DNA from: Escherichia coli | GTDB lineage: Bacteria; Pseudomonadota; Gammaproteobacteria; Enterobacterales; Enterobacteriaceae | DNA: 64,000 nt | Strand: one strand, 5' to 3' | Assembly (NCBI RefSeq): GCF_024502345.1 | Contig: NZ_JALDNN010000001.1 | Shown here: positions 33,281 through 48,373 of the stretch, in pieces | How the letters are laid out: each line of letters opens with the position of its first letter | Numbering within the stretch: position 1 is the first letter of the stretch | Position numbers and translations under genes: made by a program | The notes under the pieces: generated by a model | The model's input: the letters and a program-made list of their open reading frames with translations, nothing else | Told to the model about the DNA's origin: nothing | Database searches by the model: none

Positions 33281-34147
33281 TTAAGGGCGTGTGAGGAAAT
33301 TCAGCACCAGTTGGTTAAAGGCATCCGCATGTTCCCACTGCGCCCAGTGCCCGCAGTCGCGGTAGATGTGCAGTTCAGAACCGGCAATCCCAGAAAGCAG
33401 GCGCAGACCGGCATCCATCGGCACAAAGCGGTCATTGCGTCCCCAGACAATCAGGGTCTGGGCTTTGATTTCACCCAGACGCGGGCTGAAATCCGGGAAC
33501 TGTTTCGGGTTGGCCTCCAGACTCTGGACAAAGTTTTCCAGGTGATCGCGACGCGACAGCATGTTATTCAGGCGCGCCTTAAACAACGCCTCGGTCAGGT
33601 CGCTGGTGTCGAAGACAAAGATCTCCATCATCAGCTTCAGGTTCTCGATGGTCGGCTCACGATACAGCTGATTCAGGCGCTTGATACCTTCGGTCGGCAT
33701 CGGGGTAAACAGGCTCATGCCGCCCGTTCCGCCGCCCATTAATACCAGTTTGCCCACGCGCTCCGGCCAGCTCAGGGTAAACGCCACAGCACTGTGACCG
33801 CCCATCGAGTTACCCAGCAGGTGGACTGTTTGAATATCCAACTGATCGACCACGCTTTTCAGGATGCGGGCGTTGAGATCGGATCGCGAACCGCGGTTAA
33901 CGATCCCATCGCTTTTGCCCCAGCCAGGACAATCCAGCAGGATCACCCGGTATCCGGCCTGTACCAACGGATCGATATTACGGCTGAAGTTTGCCCAGCC
34001 CGTCGCGCCAGGACCAGAGCCATGCAACAGCACGACGGTCTCATCGCCCTGCCCACAGTCATTGAAATGCACGCGTAGGGTTTCGCCTGCTTCCTGCACT
34101 TCCAGAAAACGACTGGTAGCGGCTTCGGTTTGCGGTTGGTAAGTCAT
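33281..34147 (-). CDS. mhpC: MhpC hydrolase, copy 2
   Basis: ORF 33281..34162; start placed at [43 protein letters not shown]. Confidence 0.85.
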   Translation of the reverse strand: MTYQPQTEAATSRFLEVQEAGETLRVHFNDCGQGDETVVLLHGSGPGATGWANFSRNIDPLVQAGYRVILLDCPGWGKSDGIVNRGSRSDLNARILKSVVDQLDIQTVHLLGNSMGGHSAVAFTLSWPERVGKLVLMGGGTGGMSLFTPMPTEGIKRLNQLYREPTIENLKLMMEIFVFDTSDLTEALFKARLNNMLSRRDHLENFVQSLEANPKQFPDFSPRLGEIKAQTLIVWGRNDRFVPMDAGLRLLSGIAGSELHIYRDCGHWAQWEHADAFNQLVLNFLTRP

Positions 34148-34175
34148 GATGTTCTCCTGCATATTCAGTTCTGTT

Positions 34176-35129
34176 TTAGTTCTGTGTAGTGGCGCTCAGG
34201 GAGCCGAATCCGGCGATCCACTCCGGGATCGGGCGGTAATAACGGCCTTCGCTGCGCCAGTTGCCAAAAGCAGAAATGGCGGCAAAGGCGGCAAAGGCGG
34301 CAACCCAGGTTTTCACTTCGTGCGTTGATTTGCCCGCCATCGCGGACAGCTCTTCGTTACTGACCGCGTCCAGCCCCTGCAAACGCCCCTGCTCAAGCAG
34401 GGACATAAAACGGTTATCCCAGACAGGGTTAAGCGGGTGTAGCGTGTTTTGATCGACCACAAACTTCTCGGCGGCGCTGATCACCCGCTGCTGGCGCAGC
34501 TCGCGCTCGTTTTCAGGTAACTGTTTGCCACTGCCGAGCAGGCGGTCACGCATATGGGCATCAGCCTTCGCCAGCTCCGGTACCGGCGGCTGATGCGATA
34601 GCCCGCCGGAGCCTAAAAACAGCACGCGCTTATTCAGCGAGCTGGCGAAACGGCCAATCGCTTCACCGAGCATGCGGGTACGCTGAAAGCCCGGCAGCGG
34701 CGTTGCGACGCCGTTAATAAACACTGGCAGCACCGGCACCTTATCCAGGCCGCCGAGCAAAAACTCCAGCGGCTGCGCGAAGCCATGATCGACCTGCATG
34801 TTGTAGGACACGGCGAGATCGATACCGCTTTTCATTACCGCGTGGGCGCAGGCTTCAGCCAGATCTGTCGGCACCGGTAATTCCCCCGCCGCGCTACCAA
34901 AATCGCCGATCGCCGTAGCGCCAACGCCTAAACAGAACGGCGGCATCACGTCGTAGGAAAATCCGTTGTAGTGATCGGGGGCAAACAGCACGACCAGTTC
35001 AGGTTCGAACGCCGCAATACGTGCCCGAGCGCTGGCGATCACGCCATTAACCTCGTCGAGCACAGCCTGTGCCGGGTCGACATAGCCCACCAGCGGCGAG
35101 TGGGAAAGACAGTGAAGATAAGCGTGCAT
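34176..35129 (-). CDS. mhpB: MhpB extradiol dioxygenase, copy 2
   Basis: ORF 34176..35147; start placed at [49 protein letters not shown]. Confidence 0.85.
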   Translation of the reverse strand: MHAYLHCLSHSPLVGYVDPAQAVLDEVNGVIASARARIAAFEPELVVLFAPDHYNGFSYDVMPPFCLGVGATAIGDFGSAAGELPVPTDLAEACAHAVMKSGIDLAVSYNMQVDHGFAQPLEFLLGGLDKVPVLPVFINGVATPLPGFQRTRMLGEAIGRFASSLNKRVLFLGSGGLSHQPPVPELAKADAHMRDRLLGSGKQLPENERELRQQRVISAAEKFVVDQNTLHPLNPVWDNRFMSLLEQGRLQGLDAVSNEELSAMAGKSTHEVKTWVAAFAAFAAISAFGNWRSEGRYYRPIPEWIAGFGSLSATTQN

Positions 35130-35130
35130 A

Positions 35131-36515
35131 TCAGGCAACCTTTTCAACAGGAATGTCGGCAGTAGCGCGAGTGAGCGTCATCACCGACGCCAGTTTATTC
35201 AGGGTGCTGCCCAGGGTTTGCGGAATGGCGATGGCGGCCACGAAGCGGTCCGGACGCATGACTACCAGCGCGGCGTTGTGCTGGGCAAACCACGCGCGCA
35301 GGCGGTTTTGCGTATCGCCTATGCGGGTAACGCCGTCGTGGTTATCCTGATCGGTATGTATCTGCGTATCCGGCACGACCTGGATAAAACGCGTCCCCAG
35401 CGCCTGCCACTGTTGGATCTGCGCCTCGCTCATGCCCCATAGTGGGTTACAGCCCCAGCCAATCACCGCAAAATTCGGTCCGATGACGTTGTCGAGCAAC
35501 GTCACTTCGCCCGATTCCAGCGTCACCTTCGGCTGGATAAACATCTTGCCGACCGGTGAAGTTTTCGCGTCGCCTTCACGCACCAGCGCCCCGGCGTGGT
35601 ACTGCGGCATCGGCTTAAACCGCATTTCAAGGAAGTAGCGTTTGACCGGCGGAATATAGTTCAACAGCCAGGAAACCCCATCGCGTACCGCGCCGTGCCA
35701 GCGTTTGGGCGGCGCAAGTACGTTGCCAGCGGTCACGGAGAGGTCGATCATCGCTTTGGCGTGGTCGCGGCGTTCCTGCTGGTAGGTATCCAACAGCGCA
35801 TCGTCGGCTTTACCGTTAATCACCAGCGCCAGTTTCCATGCCAGGTTGAAAGCATCGCGCATGCCGCTGTTGTATCCCTGACCCTGCCAGACCGGCATAA
35901 TGTGCGCCGCATCGCCCGCCAGCAGCACGCGGTCAATACGAAAACGTTCGGCCAGACGAGCATTATGGGTATACACGCGCTGGCGGATCAGCTCGACGTT
36001 GTCCGGGTTCGGCAGCACTTTGCTCAGTAACTGGCGCATATTCTGCGGCTCGCTAAGCTGCGCTTCGGTTTCCCCCGGCATAACCATAAACTCAAAACGG
36101 CGCACCGCGTGCGGCAGCGCGGCAGAGACATACGGGCGCACCGGATCGCAGCATAAATACACATGCGGCGTGCTGAGCGGATCGTTGGCGATATCCACCA
36201 CAATCCACTGATTCGGCGCGGTTTTACCTTCAAACGGCACGTTCAGAGAACGTCTGACGTTGCTGCCGCCGCCGTCGCAGGCCACCAGCCACTGAGCCTT
36301 CACCGTTTCACGTTGACCGTCTGGCGCTTTCAGATTTAGCGTCACTTCGCCGTTTTGTTGGCTGAAGGCCTCCAGCTCGCGGGAGAACAGGCAGCGCACG
36401 TTGGGAAAACGCGACAACCCTTCCAACATCACCGCGTCCACCTGCGGCTGAATAAACGCATTACGACGCGACCAGCCAAATTCGTCGGTCATCGGCTGGA
36501 TATCAGCAAAGCAAC
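35131..36515 (-). pseudogene. mhpA: mhpA copy 2, 5'-truncated (first ~95 codons including FAD-binding N-terminus missing) by IS30
   Basis: Homology to copy-1 MhpA begins at ...[26 protein letters not shown] (copy-1 residue ~102); coding frame runs into IS30 left end at 36516. Confidence 0.8.
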
Positions 36516-39838
<3,323 letters not shown>

Positions 39839-40055
39839 AATTTAACCTTCATTTGATGTTGAATTGAACATATCAAAATCAGGCAATTACACAAATATAT
39901 GTACAGGCTCGCACCTGGGCTTGCCTGACTGACCGCAGGCCGGCGACGACAAGGTGGAAAAGTTCGGCGTGTGGCTCTGGCGGCAACGATCCCGCGAAGG
40001 GCGGACGGTGCTTGAGCTGTTGAACGTAAGCATGCGGGCAAACCATCTTGCGCGA

Positions 40056-40428
40056 CTATGCCGGATGCCACCTATGCGGCAGCAGCTCTGCAATCTCACT
40101 AGCTCGCTGCGTCGGCAACCGTCTCAGCACATCCTTGAGATAGGCATACGGATCGTGCCCATTATTACGGGCCGACTGGATCAAACTCATGATCGCAGCA
40201 GCGCGCTTGAGCATGCGAACCCGCGCCGAGCATTTGAGAAGGCAACGGGATGAACGCTGGCTGGATAGCCGTGGTTTTCTGGGTAAGCAGGCGAATCCAT
40301 TTGTGGACGAGGTTGGCATTGAGGCTGTAGCCCAAGGCGATGTTTGCGATGGAGGCACCGGGTTCAGAACACTCCTGAATGACCTGGGCCTTGAAAGATT
40401 TGCTGTAGGTACGGCGCTGAGGGCGCAT
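40056..40428 (-). mobile_element. IS66-family remnant: TnpA N-terminal part joined to TnpC C-terminal tail (internal deletion)
   Basis: MRPQRRTYSKSFKAQVIQECSEPGASIANIALGYSLNANLVHKWIR (IS66 TnpA-like HTH) and, in another frame, ...AAAIMSLIQSARNNGHDPYAYLKDVLRRLPTQRASEIAELLPHRW (IS66 TnpC C-terminal motif). Confidence 0.5.
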
Positions 40429-40935
40429 GGAAAATCCGCTTGATGGGCCATGGCCTTCGGCGGCGGTGTCGGGAAGGTGTGTTGGCCGGACGGATACTGT
40501 TGAACTACGTTGTCTGGGGCAACGGAAGTGTTTCGGCCCGACTCTGGAACGCGATCCGCAGCGACGACTGGGCAATTCCGCACGTTGGCCTGAGCAGCCT
40601 CGGGGAAATCGTCGTCTGGGCGCGCCCAGACGAGTTTCCGCCAAGGAACATGCAGACAAGCAAGGGGCTGCGGGCACTCGGCTACAACGTGAGGATCGGT
40701 GTTTGATCGAGGCGCCTGTGGCACACGCAGGCTGAGGAGCCAGGCGCTGTCCATTGCCTGATCAGGCCGCCCCCCTGTGCCTTGCCTGAGCAGTTGACCT
40801 GCATCAATGGGGCGGGAGAACGCTGCACATTGCACTCTTGACTCCTGAAGTTTTTCATGGTAAGCCTAATATTACAAAGTATTGCAAGGATTTCCTTGGC
40901 CGGAACCGCAAAGCGACGCGATTGGAGAGGGTGAG

Positions 40936-41217
40936 ATGAAAGCGCACCTACAGGTGATTTTCACGCTCGATGAATTGGCTGCGTACTTGAAAGTCGGCAA
41001 GCGGACGCTTTATCGGCTCGCCGCACACGGGGAAATTCCGGCTTTCAAGGTGGGCGGGACGTGGCGGCTTCGTCAAAGTGAAATCGATCAGTGCATCAAT
41101 GATCAGACCCGAGCCGGAGCAAAGAAGGAGGTGATGCGCAAGCGTGAACAGCAGAAGTCATCCGAGCAGCCCGTGTCGCCTGGGCGCACTGCCCGTCGCA
41201 GCAGGCAAAGGGCTTGA
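40936..41217 (+). CDS. small HTH DNA-binding protein (excisionase/MerR-like), tLST orf1
   Basis: ORF 40882..41217; start placed at MKAHLQVIFTLDELAAYLKVGKRTLYRLAAHGEIPAFKVGGTWRLRQSEIDQ (HTH_17-like) preceded by ggagaggg. Confidence 0.6.
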   Translation: MKAHLQVIFTLDELAAYLKVGKRTLYRLAAHGEIPAFKVGGTWRLRQSEIDQCINDQTRAGAKKEVMRKREQQKSSEQPVSPGRTARRSRQRA

Positions 41218-41251
41218 GTAACTCGTTTTCCAATTTTTCTGGAGGTATGAC

Positions 41252-41821
41252 ATGGACATCGATTTCAAGAAGTTGGCTCCCTGGAACTGGTTCAAGAACG
41301 AGCAGCAAGAGCAGCAGACCGCCTCTTCCCTGCCGGTGCAGCGCAATGACCTGCCAGCGGCGAGCGGGCCAGTCAGCCCGATCCTGCAACTGCGTCGGGA
41401 AATCGACCGGCTGTTCGATGACGCATTCCGGGGCTTCGGTTTTCCGGCGTTGAACATGCCGCAGTGGCCATCCGATTGGTCGGGCATGCTGAAGCCGGCC
41501 CTGGACATCCAGGAAACCGACAAGCAGTACAAGATTGCCCTGGAAGTGCCCGGTGTCGAGGAGAAGGACATCCAGATCACCCTCGACAACGACGTGCTGA
41601 TGGTGCGTGGCGAGAAGCGCCAGGAACAGGAGAAGAAGGAAGGTGGCTTCCACCGTGTGGAGCGCTCCTACGGCAGCTTTCAGCGTGCCTTGAACCTGCC
41701 TGACGACGCCAACCAGGATTCGATCAAGGCATCGTTCAAGAACGGGGTGCTCACGGTCACGATCGACAAGCGCGAGGTCAGCGCGCCGAAGCAGGGACGC
41801 TCGATCCCGATCAACGGCTGA
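41252..41821 (+). CDS. small heat-shock protein (Hsp20/alpha-crystallin family)
   Basis: 189-aa ORF with alpha-crystallin domain ...DIQETDKQYKIALEVPGVEEKDIQITLDNDVLMVRGEKRQEQEKKEGGFHRVERSYGSFQRALNLPDDANQDSIKASFKNGVLTVTI. Confidence 0.85.
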   Translation: MDIDFKKLAPWNWFKNEQQEQQTASSLPVQRNDLPAASGPVSPILQLRREIDRLFDDAFRGFGFPALNMPQWPSDWSGMLKPALDIQETDKQYKIALEVPGVEEKDIQITLDNDVLMVRGEKRQEQEKKEGGFHRVERSYGSFQRALNLPDDANQDSIKASFKNGVLTVTIDKREVSAPKQGRSIPING

Positions 41822-41926
41822 CGTCGCCGGCTCGTTCGTCACAAGAAAAACCCGTCCCGAGACGAGGTGTCGCGGCTCGCGATGCCTCGTCGCCTCAACC
41901 TTTTCAACCTTCTAAGGAGCATCAGC

Positions 41927-44809
41927 ATGGCCAGAAAACAATGCCAGGTCTGCGGCCAACCCGCCACCGTGCGGGTGGAAGCCAATCTCAACGGTCGTCA
42001 CAGCACCATGCTGTTGTGCGACGACCATTACCGGCAATTAGTGCGCCAGCAAAAGCGCACCGTTTCGCCGCTGGAAGCCTTGTTCGGTTCGCGCAGCGGC
42101 CTGTTCGAGGACTTCCTCGGCAGTGACTTCTTCCGCATCGGCGACGACGCGACGCCAGTTGCCGCCGATACCGATGACGTGGTCGATGCCTCGTTTGGCG
42201 AGCCCGCCGCCGCAGGTTCGGGTGCGCCGCGCCGTCGCGGCAGTGGGCTGGCCAGCCGCATCAGCGAACAGTCGGAAGCCTTGTTGCAGGAGGCCGCCAA
42301 ACACGCTGCCGAATTTGGCCGCTCCGAGGTGGATACCGAACATCTGCTGCTGGCGCTGGCCGACAGCGACGTGGTCAAGACCATCCTGGGTCAGTTCAAG
42401 ATCAAGGTCGATGACCTCAAGCGGCAGATCGAGTCTGAGGCCAAGCGCGGGGACAAGCCCTTCGAGGGCGAGATCGGCGTGTCGCCGCGCGTGAAGGATG
42501 CGCTCAGCCGCGCCTTCGTGGCCTCCAATGAACTCGGTCATTCTTATGTCGGTCCAGAGCATTTCCTGATTGGTCTGGCCGAGGAAGGCGAAGGGCTGGC
42601 CGCCAACCTGCTGCGCCGCTACGGCCTGACGCCGCAGGCGCTGCGCCAACAGGTCAGCAAGGTGGTCGGCAAGGGCGCCGAGGATGGACGCGCTGAGACG
42701 CCGACCAACACGCCCGAGCTGGATAAATACTCGCGCGACCTCACCAAGATGGCGCGCGACGGCAAGCTCGACCCGGTGATCGGCCGCGCGCAGGAGATCG
42801 AAACCACCATCGAGGTGCTGGCCCGGCGCAAGAAGAACAACCCGGTGCTGATCGGCGAGCCGGGTGTGGGCAAGACCGCCATCGTCGAAGGGCTGGCGCA
42901 GCGCATGGTGGCGGGTGAAGTGCCCGAGACCTTGCGCGACAAGCGCCTGGTGGAACTCAACATCAACGCCATGGTGGCCGGCGCCAAATATCGCGGCGAG
43001 TTCGAGGAGCGCGTGCAGAAGGTGCTGAAGGAGGTGACCGAGCACCAGGGCGAGCTGATTTTGTTCATCGACGAGGTGCACACCATCGTCGGTGCCGGCC
43101 AGGGCGGTGGCGAAGGCGGGCTGGACGTGGCCAACGTATTCAAACCGATGATGGCGCGCGGTGAACTCAACCTGATCGGCGCCACGACGCTGAACGAGTA
43201 CCAGAAATACATCGAGAAGGATGCCGCACTGGAGCGGCGCTTCCAGCCGGTGACGGTGCCCGAGCCGACGGTGGCCCAGACCATCATGATTCTGCGCGGC
43301 CTGCGCGACACCTTCGAGGCGCACCACAAGGTCAGCATCTCCGAGGACGCGATCATCGCGGCGGCCGAGTTGTCCGACCGCTACATCACGGCGCGCTTCC
43401 TGCCGGACAAGGCGATCGACCTGCTCGACCAGGCGGCCGCGCGCGTGAAGCTGTCGGCCACGGCCCGGCCGGTGGCCGTGCAGGAGCTGGAGTCCGAACT
43501 GCACCAGCTGCGGCGTGAACAGGATTACGTGGCCGCGCGCAAGCAGTACGACCAGGCCGCCGAGCTCGGCAAGCGCATCGAAGCCAAGGAGACCGAGCTC
43601 AAGAAGCTCGTCGAGAACTGGGAGCGGGAGCGGGCCTCCGGCAGTGCAGAGGTCAAGGCGGAACACGTGGCGCAGATCGTCTCGCGCCTGACCGGCATCC
43701 CTGTCAACGAGTTGACGGTGGAAGAGCGCGAAAAGCTGCTGCACTTGGAACAACGGCTGCACGAGCGCCTGGTGGGACAAGACGAGGCGGTCCGTGCCGT
43801 GGCCGATGCCGTGCGGCTGTCCCGCGCCGGCCTGCGCGAAGGCAGCAAACCGGTGGCTACCTTCCTGTTTCTGGGCCCGACCGGGGTGGGCAAGACCGAG
43901 CTCGCCAAGGCATTGGCCGAATCGATCTACGGCGATGAGCACGCCCTGTTGCGCATCGACATGTCGGAATATGGCGAACGCCATACCGTGGCGCGGCTGG
44001 TGGGCGCGCCTCCGGGCTATGTCGGTTACGACGAAGGCGGTCAGCTCACCGAGAAGGTGCGGCGCAAGCCCTACAGCGTGCTGCTGCTCGACGAGATCGA
44101 GAAGGCACACCCTGACGTCTACAACATCCTGCTGCAAGTGTTCGACGACGGTCGCCTCACCGACGGCAAGGGCCGGGTGGTGGATTTCACCAACACCATC
44201 ATCATCGCCACGTCCAACCTGGGTTCGGACATCATCCAGCGACGGCTGAAGGCGCGTGGGGCGGCCGACGAGGAGTACGAAAAGACCAAGGCCGAGGTCA
44301 TGGACGTGCTGCGCGGCCACTTCCGGCCCGAGTTCCTCAACCGCATCGACGAGATCATCGTCTTCCATGCGCTGGGTAAGGAGGAGATCCGCCACATCGT
44401 CGGCCTGCAGCTCGATCGCGTGGCGCGCAGCGCCGCCAGCCAGGGCGTGACGCTCACTTTCGATCAGACGCTGATCGACCATTTCGCGGAAGAAGGCTAC
44501 AAACCCGAGTTCGGTGCGCGTGAACTCAAGCGCCTGATCCGCAGCGAGCTGGAAACTGCGCTGGCGCGCGAGATGCTCGGTGGCGGCATCGGCAAGGGCG
44601 ATCACGCCAGCGCACGCTGGGACGACAAGGCCGAACGCGTGGTGTTCGAACGCAAAGAGCCACTGCAGACCCCGGCCGAGCCGGAGCAGCCGGATGCCGC
44701 GAAGGCGACCGAGCCGGAGCAGCCGGATGCCGCGAAGGCGACCGAGACGCCGCACGGCGACGCTGGCAAAGGCTCGCGCAAGAAGAAGTCGGCGAGCGAC
44801 GCATCTTGA
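41927..44809 (+). CDS. clpK: ClpK/ClpG-type stand-alone AAA+ disaggregase (two AAA domains, N-terminal zinc-binding extension)
   Basis: ORF 41867..44809; start at [15 protein letters not shown] after aaggag; Walker A GEPGVGKT / Walker [10 protein letters not shown] (AAA1), GPTGVGKT / [11 protein letters not shown] (AAA2); ClpB-like M-domain. Confidence 0.9.
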   Translation: MARKQCQVCGQPATVRVEANLNGRHSTMLLCDDHYRQLVRQQKRTVSPLEALFGSRSGLFEDFLGSDFFRIGDDATPVAADTDDVVDASFGEPAAAGSGAPRRRGSGLASRISEQSEALLQEAAKHAAEFGRSEVDTEHLLLALADSDVVKTILGQFKIKVDDLKRQIESEAKRGDKPFEGEIGVSPRVKDALSRAFVASNELGHSYVGPEHFLIGLAEEGEGLAANLLRRYGLTPQALRQQVSKVVGKGAEDGRAETPTNTPELDKYSRDLTKMARDGKLDPVIGRAQEIETTIEVLARRKKNNPVLIGEPGVGKTAIVEGLAQRMVAGEVPETLRDKRLVELNINAMVAGAKYRGEFEERVQKVLKEVTEHQGELILFIDEVHTIVGAGQGGGEGGLDVANVFKPMMARGELNLIGATTLNEYQKYIEKDAALERRFQPVTVPEPTVAQTIMILRGLRDTFEAHHKVSISEDAIIAAAELSDRYITARFLPDKAIDLLDQAAARVKLSATARPVAVQELESELHQLRREQDYVAARKQYDQAAELGKRIEAKETELKKLVENWERERASGSAEVKAEHVAQIVSRLTGIPVNELTVEEREKLLHLEQRLHERLVGQDEAVRAVADAVRLSRAGLREGSKPVATFLFLGPTGVGKTELAKALAESIYGDEHALLRIDMSEYGERHTVARLVGAPPGYVGYDEGGQLTEKVRRKPYSVLLLDEIEKAHPDVYNILLQVFDDGRLTDGKGRVVDFTNTIIIATSNLGSDIIQRRLKARGAADEEYEKTKAEVMDVLRGHFRPEFLNRIDEIIVFHALGKEEIRHIVGLQLDRVARSAASQGVTLTFDQTLIDHFAEEGYKPEFGARELKRLIRSELETALAREMLGGGIGKGDHASARWDDKAERVVFERKEPLQTPAEPEQPDAAKATEPEQPDAAKATETPHGDAGKGSRKKKSASDAS

Positions 44810-45060
44810 TGGCGGGCGAGGCTGCCGTGTCCGACCCCAAGGGCCTGGCATGGGCAGCCTCCCTGGCCTCGATCGCGGTGGCGTTCGTGGCCGCGGGTCA
44901 CGCGGTCGTCTACAAGCGTGATCCGCGGTCGACCACGCCGTGGGGGCTGCTCATCAGCGGCGGCACTGCCCTCCCGCTCGCTGGCCATCCGTTTGCGTGA
45001 CGGTGCGGCCCGTCTGTTCACCTGATCCTCTGGCAACTCGACTTTCGAGGAACACAGCCC

Positions 45061-46788
45061 ATGGAAAAAAAGAATCAATGGAATACCGGCTACTGGATCG
45101 TTGCCCTCCTGCTGTTGTTGAGTTTGCAGAGCTACTGGCAGACGGCGAAAACCGTCGAGCCGGTGCCCTACAGCGAGTTCGAGAAGGCGCTGGCCGAGGG
45201 GCGCGTGGCCGAAGTGCTGGTGTCGGATCGTACGGTGACCGGGCGCCTGAAGTCGCCGGACAGCCGGGGCAAGACGACGATCGTGGCAACGAGGGTCGAA
45301 CCCGATCTTGCCGATCGCCTGTCGAAGTACGACGTGCCCTATGCCCGCGTGTTGGAGAGCACCTGGCTGCGCGATGTGCTGTCGTGGATCCTGCCAGCGG
45401 TAGCCTTCTTTGGCGTCTGGTTCTTCCTGTTCCGCCGCTTCGCCGAGAAGCAGGGCATGGGCGGGTTTCTCAACATCGGTAAGAGCCGCGCCAAGGTGTT
45501 CGTGGAAAAGAACACCGGTGTGACGTTCGCCGATGTCGCGGGGGGGGATGAGGCCAAGGCGGAGCTGGTCGAGATCGTCGATTTCCTGAAGAATCCGCAG
45601 GACTATGGCCGTCTCGGGGCGCGCATTCCCAAGGGCGTGTTGCTGGTCGGCCCACCGGGCACCGGCAAGACATTGCTGGCCAAGGCTGTTGTCGGCGAGG
45701 CGGCGGTGCCCTTCTTCTCCATCTCCGGATCAGAGTTTGTCGAGATGTTCGTCGGCGTGGGTGCGGGCCGCACGCGCGGCGTCGGCGGCCACGACGAGAG
45801 CGAGCAGACCCTCAACCAACTGCTCACGGAGATGGACGGCTTCGACAGCTCGGTCGGGCTGATCATCCTCGCCGCCACCAACCGCCCCGAAATCCTCGAC
45901 CAGGCTCTGCTGCGTGCCGGCCGCTTCGACCGCCAGGTGCTGGTGGACCGGCCCGACAAGAAGGGGCGGCTGGACATCCTGAAGGTTCATGTCAAGAAGG
46001 TGACGCTGGCCCAGGATGTAGACCTCGAACAGGTAGCAGCACTGACCACGGGCTTTTCCGGCGCGGACCTCGCCAATAGGGTCAACAAGGCGGCGCTGGC
46101 GGCGAGGAGACGCCGTGCGTCCGCCGTGGAATTGCAGGACTTCACCGCGACCATCGAGCGCATCGTGGCGGGCCTGGAAAAGAAGAGCCGCGTGCTCAAT
46201 CCCAAGGAGCGGGAAACCGTGGCCCATCACGAGATGGGCCATGCGCTGGTGGCGCTGGCGCTGCCCGAAACCGACCCCGTACACAAGATCTCGATCATCC
46301 CGCGCGGCATCGGCGCGCTGGGCTACACCTTGCAGCGCCCCACCGAAGACCGCTTCCTGATGACGCGTACCGATCTCGAGCACAAGATCGCCGTACTGCT
46401 GGGCGGGCGTGCCGCCGAAAAGCTGGTGTTCGGCGAGTTGTCTACCGGGGCGGCGGACGATCTGGCGCGAGCCACCGACATCGCCCGCGACATGATCACC
46501 CGCTTTGGCATGGACGAGGGCCTGGGCTACATCGCCTTCGAGGCGCAGCGGCCCCGCTTTCTCGATACACCGGAACTGGCCCACGGCGGTTGCCGGGTGG
46601 CCGAATCGACCCAGGCGCGCATCGATCAGGCTATCCGCGACATCGTGATGGGCGTGTTCGAGCGCGCCTACCGGATTCTCGACATCTACCGCGCGGTGCT
46701 GGAGCGCTGCGCGCGCGAGCTGCTGGCGCGGGAAGCGCTCGACGAAAGCGATATCCGTCAATTGACTCAAGGACTTGTTCGGAACTGA
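45061..46788 (+). CDS. ftsH: FtsH-family membrane AAA+ zinc metalloprotease (island copy); apparent in-frame gap removing Walker B
   Basis: 575-aa ORF; two N-terminal TM segments, Walker [34 protein letters not shown], zinc site HEMGHAL; only GRTRGVG between GVGA and GHDE. Confidence 0.8.
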   Translation: MEKKNQWNTGYWIVALLLLLSLQSYWQTAKTVEPVPYSEFEKALAEGRVAEVLVSDRTVTGRLKSPDSRGKTTIVATRVEPDLADRLSKYDVPYARVLESTWLRDVLSWILPAVAFFGVWFFLFRRFAEKQGMGGFLNIGKSRAKVFVEKNTGVTFADVAGGDEAKAELVEIVDFLKNPQDYGRLGARIPKGVLLVGPPGTGKTLLAKAVVGEAAVPFFSISGSEFVEMFVGVGAGRTRGVGGHDESEQTLNQLLTEMDGFDSSVGLIILAATNRPEILDQALLRAGRFDRQVLVDRPDKKGRLDILKVHVKKVTLAQDVDLEQVAALTTGFSGADLANRVNKAALAARRRRASAVELQDFTATIERIVAGLEKKSRVLNPKERETVAHHEMGHALVALALPETDPVHKISIIPRGIGALGYTLQRPTEDRFLMTRTDLEHKIAVLLGGRAAEKLVFGELSTGAADDLARATDIARDMITRFGMDEGLGYIAFEAQRPRFLDTPELAHGGCRVAESTQARIDQAIRDIVMGVFERAYRILDIYRAVLERCARELLAREALDESDIRQLTQGLVRN

Positions 46789-46875
46789 AAACAGTAGTAG
46801 GTGCCATTCAGAGTAAACCGACGGCTCTGTTCAGTGCGTCATCCAATTCGTCGGCATTGTTCAAGGAGAACCGAT

Positions 46876-47334
46876 ATGTCTGCATTGACTCCGTGGGACC
46901 CCTTCCGGGAACTGGATGAATTGCAAAACCGCCTGGCGACGATGTTCGGACGAATACCCCAGCGACAGGGCGCCCGTACCGGCAACGAAGCCATGACCAC
47001 GGCGGACTGGGCACCAATGGCGGACATCAGCGAGGATGAGAACGCATTCCTCCTCAAGCTGGATCTGCCGGAGGTCCCCAAGGATGCCGTGCGCGTCAGC
47101 GCGGAAAACGGTGTGCTCACCATCAGCGGCGAGCGCAAACTGGAAAAAGAGGAGCAGGGCAAGAAGTTCCACCGCATCGAACGTGCGTATGGCCGCTTTG
47201 TGCGCAGCTTTGTCTTGCCTGACAACGTTGATCCGACCAAGGTGACGGCTTCCATGAAAGACGGCGTACTGGAAGTGCGGCTTGTCAAGGCCGAGCAAGC
47301 CAAACCGAAACAGATTGAAATCTCAGTCAACTAA
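46876..47334 (+). CDS. small heat-shock protein (Hsp20 family), second copy
   Basis: ORF 46801..47334; start placed at MSALTPWDPFRELDELQNRLATMF after aaggag; alpha-crystallin core ...FLLKLDLPEVPKDAVRVSAENGVLTISGERK... Confidence 0.85.
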   Translation: MSALTPWDPFRELDELQNRLATMFGRIPQRQGARTGNEAMTTADWAPMADISEDENAFLLKLDLPEVPKDAVRVSAENGVLTISGERKLEKEEQGKKFHRIERAYGRFVRSFVLPDNVDPTKVTASMKDGVLEVRLVKAEQAKPKQIEISVN

Positions 47335-47356
47335 CTTCAATCAGGAGCCCAAGATC

Positions 47357-48271
47357 ATGAATATCAAACAGCCACAATACACCTTCTCCGCACTTGCCCT
47401 GGCGGTCGTCGTCGGACTGAGCGGACCGGCTCTGGCCCAATCGGCGGCAGGTTCTAGCCCAGGTGCTGCAGCCCCCTCTGCCGCATCCAAGGCGGCACAG
47501 CCACAAGTAGATGACAAGGCCGCCCGGGAAGCCGATAAAAAGCGTGCCGAGCTCACTCAAGACGCCATCACGGCGCTCACCAAGACCCAGGAGGCTTTGA
47601 CCCTCCTTGATGCAAAGAAGACCAAGGAGGCGCTTGCTGCGCTGGAACTGGCCAGCGGAAAGCTGGAACTGGTATTGGCACGTGACGCCAAACTTGCTTT
47701 GGCGCCGGTCGATGTACGCGTCATCACCCACGATATCCACGCCAACGTGGAATCGGTAAAGAAAGCGGTCAAGTTGTCTCGGGAGTTGTTGGGTGATGGC
47801 GAGGTGCAAAAGGCCCGGCCCATCGTTGCCAATCTGGCCAGCGAAATCGTAATCCAAACCGACAACCTTCCGATGGCAACGTACCCGGCAGCGATCAAGT
47901 CGGCCGCACGGCTCATCGACAGCGGCAAGATCGACAACGCCAAAGCGGAACTCGCCCGAGCACTGAACACGCTGGTGGTGACCTCGGTCGCCTTTCCTCT
48001 GCCCGTGCTACGGGCCGAAGCCGCGATGGCAAAAGCTGAAAAGCTGGCCGAGACCGACAGGCGCGATGCCAAGCAGAACGAGGAGCTCAGCACCTTGCTG
48101 TCGTCCGTGCGCACGGAGATCGAGATGGCGCAGATCCTGGGTTATGGCAAGAAGGCGGACTTCAAACCCATTTTCGATCAGGTGAAGTCCATTGAGCAAA
48201 AGTCGGCTGGTGGCAAAAGCGGCAAGGGATGGTTCGACGAGTTGAAGACGCGCATCCAAAAGCTGTTTTGA
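47357..48271 (+). CDS. yfdX: YfdX-family periplasmic protein (tLST YfdX1-like)
   Basis: ORF 47282..48271; start at MNIKQPQYTFSALALAVVVGLSGPALAQ (signal peptide); Ala/Lys-rich helical protein; position in tLST order. Confidence 0.65.
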   Translation: MNIKQPQYTFSALALAVVVGLSGPALAQSAAGSSPGAAAPSAASKAAQPQVDDKAAREADKKRAELTQDAITALTKTQEALTLLDAKKTKEALAALELASGKLELVLARDAKLALAPVDVRVITHDIHANVESVKKAVKLSRELLGDGEVQKARPIVANLASEIVIQTDNLPMATYPAAIKSAARLIDSGKIDNAKAELARALNTLVVTSVAFPLPVLRAEAAMAKAEKLAETDRRDAKQNEELSTLLSSVRTEIEMAQILGYGKKADFKPIFDQVKSIEQKSAGGKSGKGWFDELKTRIQKLF

Positions 48272-48373
48272 GGTGATGAAGGGGCTGACTGCTCTGTCGG
48301 TCAGTCTCGCGATGTTCGCATTCAGCCCCAACAGATTCGCCTATTTTCACTATCTCATACGAGGCATATCACC

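Noticed and set aside
39954-40253. 99-aa plus-strand ORF in the IS256 / IS66 junction region
   Set aside because: It overlaps the minus-strand IS66 TnpC tail, which has a recognisable C-terminal motif; its own translation has no recognisable features
41821-41926. GC-rich inverted repeats between sHsp20 and clpK as a possible attenuator or terminator
   Set aside because: Stems are imperfect with long loops and no adjacent U-tract; the two genes are more likely co-transcribed
42038-44851. 937-aa minus-strand ORF antisense to clpK, and similar long alternative-frame ORFs in the island (45730-46770 minus, 51662-52807 plus, 54581-55660 plus)
   Set aside because: High GC content suppresses stop codons in all frames; these ORFs have Arg/Ala/Gly-rich low-complexity translations and overlap well-supported genes with clear motifs
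44806-45000. 64-aa ORF overlapping the clpK stop (TGATG) with a hydrophobic segment, possibly a translationally coupled small membrane protein
   Set aside because: Cannot be distinguished from a chance ORF in GC-rich DNA without conservation or ribosome-profiling data; not annotated as a feature
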